64,000 nucleotides of DNA from Candidatus Zixiibacteriota bacterium (GCA_037441845.1 JBBIRK010000005.1:1-64000), one strand, 5' to 3'. Shown: positions 40,084 to 49,920, counted from the first letter of the stretch. Translations and numbers: made by a program. Notes: generated from the letters alone by a model not told the origin.

Positions 40084-41550
40084 TTATTCTCCAAGCGCCG
40101 TTAATAGCGTCTGGAAAACACGAGTCATTTCGGGCTTGGGCATCGAGAACGTGTCGAAATTCAGCATTGCGACTCTGACCACGCTGCTGTGGGATACCAC
40201 ATGGCCGATCGGGTGCAGATATGGATGCGGCTCGTTTCCGTCCACATCGAGTCCCCAGAGGAAAAGGACCTCGGTATTGCTCTGGAGCCCGGGGGTTTCG
40301 ACGGCGTAGTCGAGTTGATCTCCGTTTTTGGCGACGTCGATCTTCATCGAATCCGGTAGGTCATAGGACGTTTCGGGATCTTTTATCGCCCAAGTAAATT
40401 CACCCCAATAGTCATAGCACCACTCGGTGGAATCGATTCCCAGCCAATCGTATTCGAAATCGCCCGGCCTGGGGGTCGGTCCGTTCGTTGGATCGTAGTC
40501 GCCCATATCAAGCAGCGTAAGGGCGCCTGTTATAAGCAGATTCCCGCCCTCATCAAGATAATATCTCATCACACCGCCGCCGACGGCGCCCACGTCATAC
40601 CACCAGGTGCCGTCGGTCGTACCCAGGTGTGAATCGGAGCAGAATACGATTGTCGAGTAAACCGGTTCACCACCATCGACAAGATCCGATGAATCGGGCA
40701 TGCCCTGAGAGTAAATATCCCATTCCGCAAAAGCATATCCCTCGAGAAGGTCTCTATAGAAATTCTTCTGCTCTCGTTCCTTCACCATATCGGGTGCGCC
40801 GAAAGGATCGGTCCAGAAGAAATCGTCGACGTAGAGAATCGACGCCTGCTTTATCACGAAGCTGAGCGAATCCCAATCGGAGATATTACCGGATGGATCC
40901 TGCGCTCTGACATAGAATAGGGCAGGATCGGCGGCTGGGACATCGGTTATCGTAGCCGTTGTCGAATTAATCCATTCGGAAGTGTCGTTGGTAGGGGCGA
41001 AAACATACTGATAAGTCAGAGTGTCGAAAATTCCCTTGCCGTCGCTTCCCTCCCAGGCAATATGAATAGCCCTGCCGGCGGCCACATATGAGCCATCAGC
41101 CGGACCACTGGTGATTTGAACCGTAGGATCCGTCGTATCCGCCGCCCCGGCCGCCGTATCGGAAACCACAAATACGCGACTGGCCACGGCGGTGTTACCC
41201 GCATCATCGGTCGCTCTCACATAGAAAGTATATGTGGCATCGTCGGGGGAATCAGCCCCGGCCAGGCCGGAATAGCTGACCGAGTTGACCATGGCACCAG
41301 TGCCGTAATTACTTTCCAGCGGCGAGAGATACCATTGGTATGATGTAATCTTCCCGCTGCCGCCCCTCGAATTCCAGGTGAAGGCGACGGTAGAATTATG
41401 AGGCACGGCGGTCGAGGTATCCGGCCCGGAAAGTATGAATACCGTCAGGGCTTCCTCGGCTGCCGGCTCCCATGGATTTTCTTTGCTGCAACCGAATATG
41501 ATGGCCATAACCATCAAACCGGCAGCGAATATAAGGGCTGTTTTTTTCAT
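40084..41550 (-). CDS. Acidic outer-membrane lipoprotein with Ig/FN3-like repeats and a C-terminal alpha/beta domain
   Basis: RBS AAAGGAG before ATG 41550; lipobox IIFGC; repeated FYVRAxDxxGN; ILYVDD...YLDEGGNLLITG. Confidence 0.8.
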   Translation of the reverse strand: MKKTALIFAAGLMVMAIIFGCSKENPWEPAAEEALTVFILSGPDTSTAVPHNSTVAFTWNSRGGSGKITSYQWYLSPLESNYGTGAMVNSVSYSGLAGADSPDDATYTFYVRATDDAGNTAVASRVFVVSDTAAGAADTTDPTVQITSGPADGSYVAAGRAIHIAWEGSDGKGIFDTLTYQYVFAPTNDTSEWINSTTATITDVPAADPALFYVRAQDPSGNISDWDSLSFVIKQASILYVDDFFWTDPFGAPDMVKEREQKNFYRDLLEGYAFAEWDIYSQGMPDSSDLVDGGEPVYSTIVFCSDSHLGTTDGTWWYDVGAVGGGVMRYYLDEGGNLLITGALTLLDMGDYDPTNGPTPRPGDFEYDWLGIDSTEWCYDYWGEFTWAIKDPETSYDLPDSMKIDVAKNGDQLDYAVETPGLQSNTEVLFLWGLDVDGNEPHPYLHPIGHVVSHSSVVRVAMLNFDTFSMPKPEMTRVFQTLLTALGE

Positions 41551-41581
41551 TGCATTTTCTCCTTTCTCCGGTTGATGGTTT

Positions 41582-43348
41582 CTATTGTATTCCCATGTAG
41601 TATCTGAGAATGACATCGATATTGCTCTTCAGAAGCGCATTGGACCAGCGGTAGTTTCTGCCCGCGATAAAGCAGAATTCTCCGCCGCCGGCGATCCCAT
41701 TCGGCATCACGATGAACCCCGCGTGCGCAGTCCCGGTGTTGGGATTATATAGCACGGTTACCGATGAATGGCCATCGGTAGTTGGGATGTCTGTCAATGA
41801 TTGCGAGCCGGTTCTGGTGATGTTAGTAAGGCTGTCGACGACCGCAACCAGTGAAGTTGGGTTCGCTCCGGTGGTCCAGGAGCTGATATGAGTATAAGCG
41901 GTTAGGTCATCGCCGAAGAAGGCAGAACCAAATCTGGTTGCCAGCAGGACATTGCCGCCGTTGTTCATATAGGCAAGGATAGTCGGCTCGAGATCTTCCC
42001 AGTAAGTCAGATCACCGGCATAATTATTGCCGAACCAAATCACGGCATCGAAAAACAAAGTATCGAACAACCATTCGGGCGGCGCTCCCACTCCAAGAAG
42101 GCTGTCCGCATGCGGACGTCCGCCTGCCGGAGGAACGAGGAATAGATCCCACCATTTATAATGGGTCCTGTTTCCCCAAGCAACTCCGTTGTTCCAAACG
42201 TTTACAGCTTCGCTGCCGTAAGTGGCCCAATCGATACCATTCACACAAAGAACACCGTCGCCGGCCAGAACCTCGACGACTTCAAAATCAACGGTATCCG
42301 ACGTCGTCGAACTGCCGCCGATATCATAGGCGATGACCTCAATCCAATGAGAGCCGGCCTCGACATTGTACAACGGCACGGTCCCTGCGCTGACATCCAG
42401 CGTATCGCTGCCGGAAATAACGTAGAAAGTATCTATCAGGTTGATATAACGGATCGATGCCCCGGTGCTGGCGTTGATCAGGAAACTATCGATAAAGCTG
42501 TAATAGAAATCGACGGTTGCGTCGATAGTTACTATCAGCTCTTCGATCTCAGGATTCGTGTAGGGCACAACGAACATATCGTCGTTCCTAATCGAAAGTG
42601 CAAGCTCCGGAGCCAAAGTCGTATCCACGACAACGCTCACCGATGCCGGCGAAGGATCTATGGCGCCGAAATTATCGTGGGCGCGGAACTTGATCGTATG
42701 AGCGCCGCCGGAAAGGCCGCGTACCAAGACTACACCGGTTCCGGCGATGACGTTGGCGGCGACTTTGGTCCACGCAGTATCTGAGTCAACCTGATATTCG
42801 ACCGTATCCATTACTCCATCGACATCTTCGCCGCGAATCACCACTCTGATACCGGCGCCTGTGACCGCACCGTTCGGCGGCTCCTCGACCACCGTATTCG
42901 GGGGATAATTGAAGCCGACCACTCCGGTTCTGGTTATCGTGATTTCGGCCGGTGTGGCGCTCCATTCGCGGATGTCATCCTGCGCGGAAACTTGAAACAA
43001 GTAATCCTGCGCCAGGTTCGGAAAATCGAGACTTACTGTCGTGGTAACGTCCGAAATCGTTTGCCAGCGCGACAGATTATTCGTGCCGGCCCAGAGGCTA
43101 TCGCCGTCTCCATAGAATATGCGCCACCGATACTGAATGATATACCCATCCGGGTCATTGGCTCCCCAATAAACCGTCACTGGATACGTATATCCGGAAA
43201 CGGGCGCAACGGACATCTGATAGCCCGTAATTAATGAGGTTGGCGGCACATTAGCCTGCGGCTTTTCACCTTCTTCGGCACAGTTCACCACCAGAAGAGA
43301 GGCCAAAAGCACCAAGCCGGTTATCTTCAGAAACTTCAGGTTTTTCAT
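41582..43348 (-). CDS. Acidic outer-membrane lipoprotein with Ig-like repeats and a C-terminal alpha/beta domain
   Basis: Lipobox LVVNC; NxPP..DPDG and FRAHDNFGAIDPSPA Ig-like motifs; YMNNGGNVLL resembles the neighbouring lipoprotein. Confidence 0.8.
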   Translation of the reverse strand: MKNLKFLKITGLVLLASLLVVNCAEEGEKPQANVPPTSLITGYQMSVAPVSGYTYPVTVYWGANDPDGYIIQYRWRIFYGDGDSLWAGTNNLSRWQTISDVTTTVSLDFPNLAQDYLFQVSAQDDIREWSATPAEITITRTGVVGFNYPPNTVVEEPPNGAVTGAGIRVVIRGEDVDGVMDTVEYQVDSDTAWTKVAANVIAGTGVVLVRGLSGGAHTIKFRAHDNFGAIDPSPASVSVVVDTTLAPELALSIRNDDMFVVPYTNPEIEELIVTIDATVDFYYSFIDSFLINASTGASIRYINLIDTFYVISGSDTLDVSAGTVPLYNVEAGSHWIEVIAYDIGGSSTTSDTVDFEVVEVLAGDGVLCVNGIDWATYGSEAVNVWNNGVAWGNRTHYKWWDLFLVPPAGGRPHADSLLGVGAPPEWLFDTLFFDAVIWFGNNYAGDLTYWEDLEPTILAYMNNGGNVLLATRFGSAFFGDDLTAYTHISSWTTGANPTSLVAVVDSLTNITRTGSQSLTDIPTTDGHSSVTVLYNPNTGTAHAGFIVMPNGIAGGGEFCFIAGRNYRWSNALLKSNIDVILRYYMGIQ

Positions 43349-43381
43349 ATGTTCTAACTTGCCTCCATCTTTGGCGATCGG

Positions 43382-44419
43382 TTAAAAGCTCAGGCTGGTG
43401 GATACCCGATGAATTGCATTCAGGCGTCCCCAATCGTTATATGCGTAATCGACCGAAAAACTGGCGTCTGCCGCAAAAGGAAACCTAATGCCCGCACCGG
43501 CCGTGAATCCGCCCTCGTCCATATTGAGCTTCCAACCGGCCCTGATAGCGATAGTTTCCTTATACCAATACTCGCCGCCGAATTGATAACGTTCTTCGTT
43601 ATCCGGCGGATGCGCCAATTCGGCTACCAGAGTGGCTTTGGAGTAGTCGTTCTGAACAACGTCCATGGCCAATCCGGCACGGAAAGTCAATGGTATCGGG
43701 ACATCTTTCTGCACCAGGTCTTCGTCGATCAATCCATCGCCATCATTATCCTGGCCATCGAGCCTGTCTTCATCAACCAATCCGTCTTGATCCTCATCGA
43801 CGTCGAATCTCACGTCAGGGCCGAAGTTCAATATGGCCATTCCGATTCTGATGGTCTTGAAACCGGTTTCATAGTAAGAACCGATATCCACGGCCCAGCT
43901 ATTGACTTTCCAATCAGCGATTTGCTCGTGCAGATATTTGAACGTCGTTCCAAAACAGAATCGATCGGTCAGGTATTTGGCATAGGTCAGGCCGAACCAA
44001 TAGTCCTCGTAGGCGAACGTCCCCGAATTGATACCGTCGATATCTTTTATCGTGGTTCTGTTCATCAATCCGGTATTCAGCAGAGTGCCGGCGAATCCCA
44101 CCGAGCTTGAACCGAGCATAGGCAGTTCGGCTCTTTTGGCCAGCGCAAACGAGTAGAGAAAAATATCGGCCGGCCATTTGGTGAATCCGGCGAACAGATC
44201 ACCGTTTTTGATATTGCCGATACCGGCCGGATTCCAGAAAATCGCAGAGGCGTCATTAGCGATGGCGGCGTAAGCCTCGCCCATCGCCAGCGCCCTTCCG
44301 CCGACGCCGATATCCAAAAACTTCAGCCCCACCGTTCCCTTCTTGGCAAATTGGCAATACGCGGTCGAGCCAAAGGCCGTAAAGGCAACAGCGAGAAGAA
44401 TTACAATTGTCTTTCTCAT
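43382..44419 (-). CDS. PorV/PorQ-family (UPF0164-like) outer-membrane beta-barrel
   Basis: FLDIGVGGRALAMGEA, DASAIFWNPAG, NFGP and DYAY...HRVS; C-terminal Phe. Confidence 0.85.
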   Translation of the reverse strand: MRKTIVILLAVAFTAFGSTAYCQFAKKGTVGLKFLDIGVGGRALAMGEAYAAIANDASAIFWNPAGIGNIKNGDLFAGFTKWPADIFLYSFALAKRAELPMLGSSSVGFAGTLLNTGLMNRTTIKDIDGINSGTFAYEDYWFGLTYAKYLTDRFCFGTTFKYLHEQIADWKVNSWAVDIGSYYETGFKTIRIGMAILNFGPDVRFDVDEDQDGLVDEDRLDGQDNDGDGLIDEDLVQKDVPIPLTFRAGLAMDVVQNDYSKATLVAELAHPPDNEERYQFGGEYWYKETIAIRAGWKLNMDEGGFTAGAGIRFPFAADASFSVDYAYNDWGRLNAIHRVSTSLSF

Positions 44420-44443
44420 ATCGTGATTCCCTCCAATCTTCCT

Positions 44444-46297
44444 TTAGCGAACCACGGCGAATTTGCCAACGAAATCGTCTTCACCCGGGGCGGAGACGAC
44501 ATAAAGATACAATCCCGAAACCACCGTTTGCATTTTATCGGTGATCAGATCCCAGTTCGCTCGTTTTTCCCAATCACCGTTGCTGTCCTGCGCCGTTTTC
44601 AGGGTCGTCAACAGATCACCGGTCAGGGTATAAATTCTGACGGTGGCATTATCGGGTAAATTCACGAAAACGATCCTGTCCGTCGATGGAAAATCGACAT
44701 TGGCCAGATAGCCGAAATCCGGGTCGATCCTGGCCACGAATGGGTTGGGGACCACGTGGATTCCCGTCTCCGAATTGGCCGTTGGAAAATTGACCCCGAT
44801 TTCTATCCTCTTGCCGACACCTTTGCCGGATTCGAGCGATTCGATTCCCTGGAGCGGATAACCTTTATCGTAGGAGGTGACTGTGTACCAATAAGGATAA
44901 TAGTTGTTCACTCCGTGGTCAACGAATGAATGAGTAAGACCCGTATTCGGACCGATAGAATCTATTTTATCGCACTCCATCAGCAGAGTCCATGGGCCGG
45001 TTTGGGTTTTTCGCCAAACCCGGTAACCTTCGAAATCGTATTCGCCGGTTGAAGGATCGGGAGTGTTTTCCGGCGCGTCGCTCCATTCGATCGTGGCCTG
45101 GTTGTTCCCCTCGCTTGTGACAGTAAAGCTTGGGCTTGGCGGCGCCGATGGACCGACCCAATTGTCTTCGAACAACTTGGCAGCCCAAGCGAGGTTCGTA
45201 CGCAATCCCTCGAGACCCTCACCGATACCGAACGCCAGAACCACTCTGATCGATTCGCCGGCAGGTATCGAGAACGGCCCCATTTTCTGCAAGAATCGGA
45301 AATCGTGCGGCGATGGAGGCGGAGCCAGCCAGGTGGTATCGGAAACCCTTGCGTAATATTCTTCATCGTCGCTTGGGTCCGAATTCCAATCCCACCAGCC
45401 GTGACCGGTTTGGCGCCCCACAACTGTGTCGCCGATTACGGGCGGACAGTACAATACTCTACTGCCTAAATAGCCGGCGCATTCCTTGGGGATCTTGTTG
45501 CCGCCGATATCATTTCCGGGAACGGTGGGATTATCGCCGTCATAAATGTAGGAGATGTATTCTTTATTGACGTCATCACGATAGTAACCCACCAGATCAT
45601 CGCGGCTATATGCCTGCGCCCCGTCGCCACCTTCCGCGGTCGCCACGTCGCAATCGGCATGCAGAGCCACATAAAACGGACTGAGTGTATCGCTTTCGTT
45701 GATGTTCACAATCCAGAAGTCATAGATGATGAAATCGTCACGGTAGGACTCGGACCAGGCATAGGTGTATTCGTGAACCCTGACGCCTATGCGCAAATCT
45801 TCGGGGACCCGCTGCGATTGATCATCGATATAGAAATGGGTGTCGAAAGCGCTGATCGCCGTGGTGTCGAATACATTTGATGTAGTGTCGATCTGGGTGG
45901 CCCTGTCGGAAGACAGATGAACCAGCTTATTGTCGTAGCCGAGCCTGAGGCTGGCATAGTATAGATAGCTGTTCATCGAGTACTTCGACGGCGTTTTCCA
46001 GACCATCGACGGCAATTCCAAGGCGTCGTCGCCTATTATGATGGTCCAGTCTTCGGTGCCGGTAACTTTCTCGAAAGTGGTGTTGCATATTCTGTTTTCC
46101 ACCATGCCTACCCTGCAGACCACTTCTGTGGCATCGATCGGCACACCGGCTTTCCCGAGACCGCCGTGATTTATTAGCGGGTTATCAGCCGCCTGCCTGG
46201 ATCTGGCATCAGCTTCTTGCCCGAAAAAAACGGCAACCAGCATGACTGACAGAAACACCAGCCCGGCTATTTTCCCCGCCTCAAAGGTTTTTTTCAT
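44444..46297 (-). CDS. Exported protein with FN3-like domain and T9SS-like C-terminal domain
   Basis: Signal peptide; GPSAPPSP, YDFEGYRVW, YWYTVTSYD; VVPNPF...IYTLTGD...WDL...SGLYLY...GKFAVVR. Confidence 0.78.
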   Translation of the reverse strand: MKKTFEAGKIAGLVFLSVMLVAVFFGQEADARSRQAADNPLINHGGLGKAGVPIDATEVVCRVGMVENRICNTTFEKVTGTEDWTIIIGDDALELPSMVWKTPSKYSMNSYLYYASLRLGYDNKLVHLSSDRATQIDTTSNVFDTTAISAFDTHFYIDDQSQRVPEDLRIGVRVHEYTYAWSESYRDDFIIYDFWIVNINESDTLSPFYVALHADCDVATAEGGDGAQAYSRDDLVGYYRDDVNKEYISYIYDGDNPTVPGNDIGGNKIPKECAGYLGSRVLYCPPVIGDTVVGRQTGHGWWDWNSDPSDDEEYYARVSDTTWLAPPPSPHDFRFLQKMGPFSIPAGESIRVVLAFGIGEGLEGLRTNLAWAAKLFEDNWVGPSAPPSPSFTVTSEGNNQATIEWSDAPENTPDPSTGEYDFEGYRVWRKTQTGPWTLLMECDKIDSIGPNTGLTHSFVDHGVNNYYPYWYTVTSYDKGYPLQGIESLESGKGVGKRIEIGVNFPTANSETGIHVVPNPFVARIDPDFGYLANVDFPSTDRIVFVNLPDNATVRIYTLTGDLLTTLKTAQDSNGDWEKRANWDLITDKMQTVVSGLYLYVVSAPGEDDFVGKFAVVR

Positions 46298-46351
46298 TTC
46301 GATTTACTCCTCCACTTGTTTCTTTGAATAGTCAACTCTGCCAACCGGAGC

Positions 46352-49300
46352 TTAGAATAACATTTCCATTCCCAGGAATATCCGGCGCGGATCGGAATAG
46401 TCATCGGGATCGGCGAACTGGCCGCCCGGTTCACCGGTCAGATCATAGCGTTTCGCGTCGCTGGTGGAAACGATGTTGGCTCTGTTGGTCAGATTCCTGA
46501 CTTCGACAAAGAAATTCGTGGTAAACGTCTTGTACAGGTTGAATCCCTTGTCGACACGGATATCGATTCGATGGCTCGCCGGGAACGTCTTGTCGTTGAC
46601 CGGCGGGATGTTGGGCGGCGGGACGTTGCTGGCACTGGTATATGGTGTCCCGGAACCATAGGCGTAATAGAAATCGAATCCCCAATCACCCAAGAAATGA
46701 TAGTTGCCGATCGCCGGGCCCCAGGTTTCCGGAAGCCGATAATTCAGGTTGACCCGGGCGGTATGACGTTGGTCCGAATCGAGCGGAAAATCTTCAGTCA
46801 GAGGCTTGCGGTTGAAATAGTGATTGGTGAAGTTCAGATCGTTCTGCGACGATCTGCCGCGTGCTATCTGGTAGGTGTAAGTCACGACACCCGAAATGTT
46901 GTGCCAGGAACGTTGAGTGAGGGTGAATTCGAATCCCTTGACCCTGGCGTAGTCGGAGTTGGTTCTGACCCAGAAAATTCCACTCGGGAACGTCACTTTT
47001 CTGTAATCGACCAGATCGCTTATATCCTTGTAGAAACCGGTGACTGACAATTTAAGAAAGTCGTTGAAACCATGTTCCAGGCCGGCCTCATAGGCGACGG
47101 TCTTCTCTTCGTTGACGTTCGGGTTGCCGATATATTTATGCGCTCCGCGAAGATCATAGCCGGAGTTCATGTAGAAAATGTCGAACATCGGCAGTTGGAA
47201 GTAGTGGCCGTAACTGACGTGCAGCACGTCTTTCTCGGTAATCGGGAAACTGATTCCGATGCGGGGCGACAATTGCTGCTTGGCCTTTGCCTTGGAAGCT
47301 CCTTTCAGGCGTTTTTCAGGTTCGAACATGTAATCGACATTGTTGACGTCATTGACGTAAGCCGGCAGCAGCGCGTCGGCAAAGTTGGCGGGAACCCAGG
47401 CCTTCGGGTCAAAGAAATCTAACCTCAAACCGATTGTCAAAATCATTCCTTCGCTTTCCAGCTTATTTTGCGCGTAGGCGCTCAGCTGGTAGGGCTTGTA
47501 GTGGAACTGATCGTTGTAGTCGTTGCCACCCGATGCGATTGAGGTCCCGTCCTTGAATAAATCGAATGTCTTATACTCAAAGCCGGTTTTCATCAGATTC
47601 CGGGAATCGACCTGACTGGTGAAATCGCCCTTGAAAGTGTAGACTGTCTGATAATCATCCTGTGTCCGTCTACGTCCGAGATACATGGGATCGAAATCGG
47701 CGCCCTGGAATGTCGTACGGGTCGGGAAAAATCTCGATTCGTGCATCTCCTCGTAGGTTAATGGGTGCCCGTCGAAAGGATCGTAGGTTCGAGCCCGCTT
47801 GGAGGTATAGAACCGCGAGAAATTCAGCGAATAATAGCTGCGCGGGCTGAGATTGTTGGAGAATGCGATCGACAACTGGTTAGACCAGCTGTGGGCGCGG
47901 AATTGATTCAGCGCCATGTTGTAATTCGTGTAGGTTCTCGCCCAGCCGCCCGACTCAACCCGTTTGACCGCTTCGGCGACGGCATCCAGCAAAGAATGTC
48001 CGTTGATGGTGCTGTCGCTGAATCCACGGGATGGATATTCATCGATTGCCAGCGAATCCGGTAATTCGAGAATCGAGTTTAGGTGATAGAAAAACGCCGA
48101 GTCGGCCTGACTTGAGGTGTAGCCATGCCCGACGATCCAGCCCCAGGGAGTGGCGGTATAGACGGTATCGAGACCTTCGCCTTCGATATCCACGTAGTAA
48201 AGCTCTTTACCCTCGGGGATATCTTGAGGACGTTCGTATTTTTCGCCGGTGCCCACCCAATAAACCGGGCCGCTCATATAGACCGGCTGACCCCAGGTCA
48301 GGGTAAGACGTCTGGCGAAATCATAGGGAACGTAGCTGTAGAACGAGCTCAAGCCCGATATGGTGATCTTCTTGGACGAACTCAAGCTATAAGACAACCG
48401 GCCCTGAATCGACTGGCCCTTTTCCCAAAAATCCGGGTCGCGGGGATCGCGGTTAAAGCTATAAGTCCCCGAAGTGAAGAAACTTAATTTACCCGGTATA
48501 TCCACCCGCTCGAGCGGAACCGGCCCGCCGAACGACCAATCATGCTGGCGCCAATCGTAAATTTTAGACCGGCGCTTGTCGTCATAGGTTTTATCCTTGA
48601 CCCACTCGTAACCGGTCTGATTGCCCAAGCTATCGAAAACAGGATTGACTCCGACTATGGGCAGGCCGTTGCTGCCATAACGACGGTTGCCGTAAATATC
48701 CCATCCGAAAAGCGCATCAGGGGAGGATTTCGACTTGAACTTGCCTGAATAAGCATTGCCTCCTTCTTTGGAGACAACGTTTATCACGGCGGATTGTACG
48801 CTCGGATACTCGGCTCCGAATCCACCGGTCAAGACTTCAGCCTCGGCGATCGCTTCATCGGGGATAACAGTCGCCAGATCGGTCGATGATCCCGATCCCG
48901 GGCGGATACCATAAGTGGCCCCGAGGGGATTGGAAAGGTTAATTCCGTCGAGCATGTAAACGACCTCGCCGGTTCCGACGCGGCCGCCACGGAATGAACC
49001 GAGCACGTTTCCGGCGTTCACGCTCACTCGATCGATCAGACCCGAAACAGCCGAACTGGTGAGCTCAGTCGGCGAAATCCGCATACGGCTCGCAGTGAGG
49101 TCTTTCTCGATCAACGGACGTTCGGCTTCAACCGTTATCGTTCCGACGTCGATCGTCTCGGTTTCCAAGGCAAGGTCAAGGCTGGTGGTCAAATCGATGG
49201 TCACCACAACGTTTTTGACATCCACCGGCCGATAACCAATCAGGTTGACTTTGAGCGTATAGTTACCCGGAGGGACGTTTATTATGAAAAATTCGCCCTG

Positions 49301-49483
49301 AATGTTGGTCGCGGCGCCGATATTGGTTCCGGCGATTACGACATTTACACCGGGTAACGGTTCTCCAGTTTGCTTATCGGTGATTTTGCCCGCGATTTTG
49401 CCAGTGGTGCCGGCAAATGCCCCTGTTACCAAAGTCAAGGCGAGCAACAATACCGTAAGTGCAGTTAATGGTTTAAGGAGCAA
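46352..49483 (-). CDS. TonB-dependent outer-membrane receptor with N-terminal carboxypeptidase-regulatory-like domain
   Basis: GKIAGKITD..GEPLPGVNV; plug FRGGR...YMLDG...TGGFGAEY...SAVINVVSKEG; SPRIG..FP; C-terminal PRRIFLGMEMLF; TTG start after AAGGAGG. Confidence 0.92.
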   Translation of the reverse strand: MLLKPLTALTVLLLALTLVTGAFAGTTGKIAGKITDKQTGEPLPGVNVVIAGTNIGAATNIQGEFFIINVPPGNYTLKVNLIGYRPVDVKNVVVTIDLTTSLDLALETETIDVGTITVEAERPLIEKDLTASRMRISPTELTSSAVSGLIDRVSVNAGNVLGSFRGGRVGTGEVVYMLDGINLSNPLGATYGIRPGSGSSTDLATVIPDEAIAEAEVLTGGFGAEYPSVQSAVINVVSKEGGNAYSGKFKSKSSPDALFGWDIYGNRRYGSNGLPIVGVNPVFDSLGNQTGYEWVKDKTYDDKRRSKIYDWRQHDWSFGGPVPLERVDIPGKLSFFTSGTYSFNRDPRDPDFWEKGQSIQGRLSYSLSSSKKITISGLSSFYSYVPYDFARRLTLTWGQPVYMSGPVYWVGTGEKYERPQDIPEGKELYYVDIEGEGLDTVYTATPWGWIVGHGYTSSQADSAFFYHLNSILELPDSLAIDEYPSRGFSDSTINGHSLLDAVAEAVKRVESGGWARTYTNYNMALNQFRAHSWSNQLSIAFSNNLSPRSYYSLNFSRFYTSKRARTYDPFDGHPLTYEEMHESRFFPTRTTFQGADFDPMYLGRRRTQDDYQTVYTFKGDFTSQVDSRNLMKTGFEYKTFDLFKDGTSIASGGNDYNDQFHYKPYQLSAYAQNKLESEGMILTIGLRLDFFDPKAWVPANFADALLPAYVNDVNNVDYMFEPEKRLKGASKAKAKQQLSPRIGISFPITEKDVLHVSYGHYFQLPMFDIFYMNSGYDLRGAHKYIGNPNVNEEKTVAYEAGLEHGFNDFLKLSVTGFYKDISDLVDYRKVTFPSGIFWVRTNSDYARVKGFEFTLTQRSWHNISGVVTYTYQIARGRSSQNDLNFTNHYFNRKPLTEDFPLDSDQRHTARVNLNYRLPETWGPAIGNYHFLGDWGFDFYYAYGSGTPYTSASNVPPPNIPPVNDKTFPASHRIDIRVDKGFNLYKTFTTNFFVEVRNLTNRANIVSTSDAKRYDLTGEPGGQFADPDDYSDPRRIFLGMEMLF

Positions 49484-49660
49484 AATGAATCCCTCCTTCG
49501 TTAATTTTGGGTTAGCATTTGATTGATCGAATCACTTCGCAAATCAATAGCGTTTTGGTTCCGGTTACCTCCATCACATTAAACGGTTAAATCTAAAAAG
49601 AATAACCTATGACTAATAGCCCGATGAATAAAACCATATTGTTCCCCTCATCACATTTTG

Positions 49661-49690
49661 ACATTAGGAGCAATACAATGATTCTGTCAA
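49661..49690 (-). promoter_or_regulatory. Possible promoter for the TonB-receptor operon
   Basis: TTGACA, 18 nt spacer, TAATGT. Confidence 0.45.
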
Positions 49691-49888
49691 GCAAAAATCT
49701 TCATTTTTTATCGGCTACTTCCATATTTGGGGAAATTCCCGAATCATGGCACTCCATTAAGGCTATTCGGCTCTCGGGGGGAATTCTTAAGCCGATATTC
49801 GGGTCTTCTTTGCCGATTATTCCTATTGATCTGCGGTTCGCTTCGAATTCGATTGTCATAACCGAAGCGCATATTCGATATATCAAAT

Positions 49889-49920
49889 AAAAAAAGCCGA
49901 CCATTTTTCGGACGGCTTTT
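49889..49920 (-). terminator. Rho-independent terminator after the aminotransferase gene
   Basis: Minus strand AAAAGCCGTCC-GAAAAAT-GGTCGGC-TTTTTTT. Confidence 0.75.

Noticed and set aside
49609..49904. ORFs 49609-49890 (+) and 49701-49904 (-)
   Set aside because: They lie across a terminator/promoter intergenic region and show no motifs
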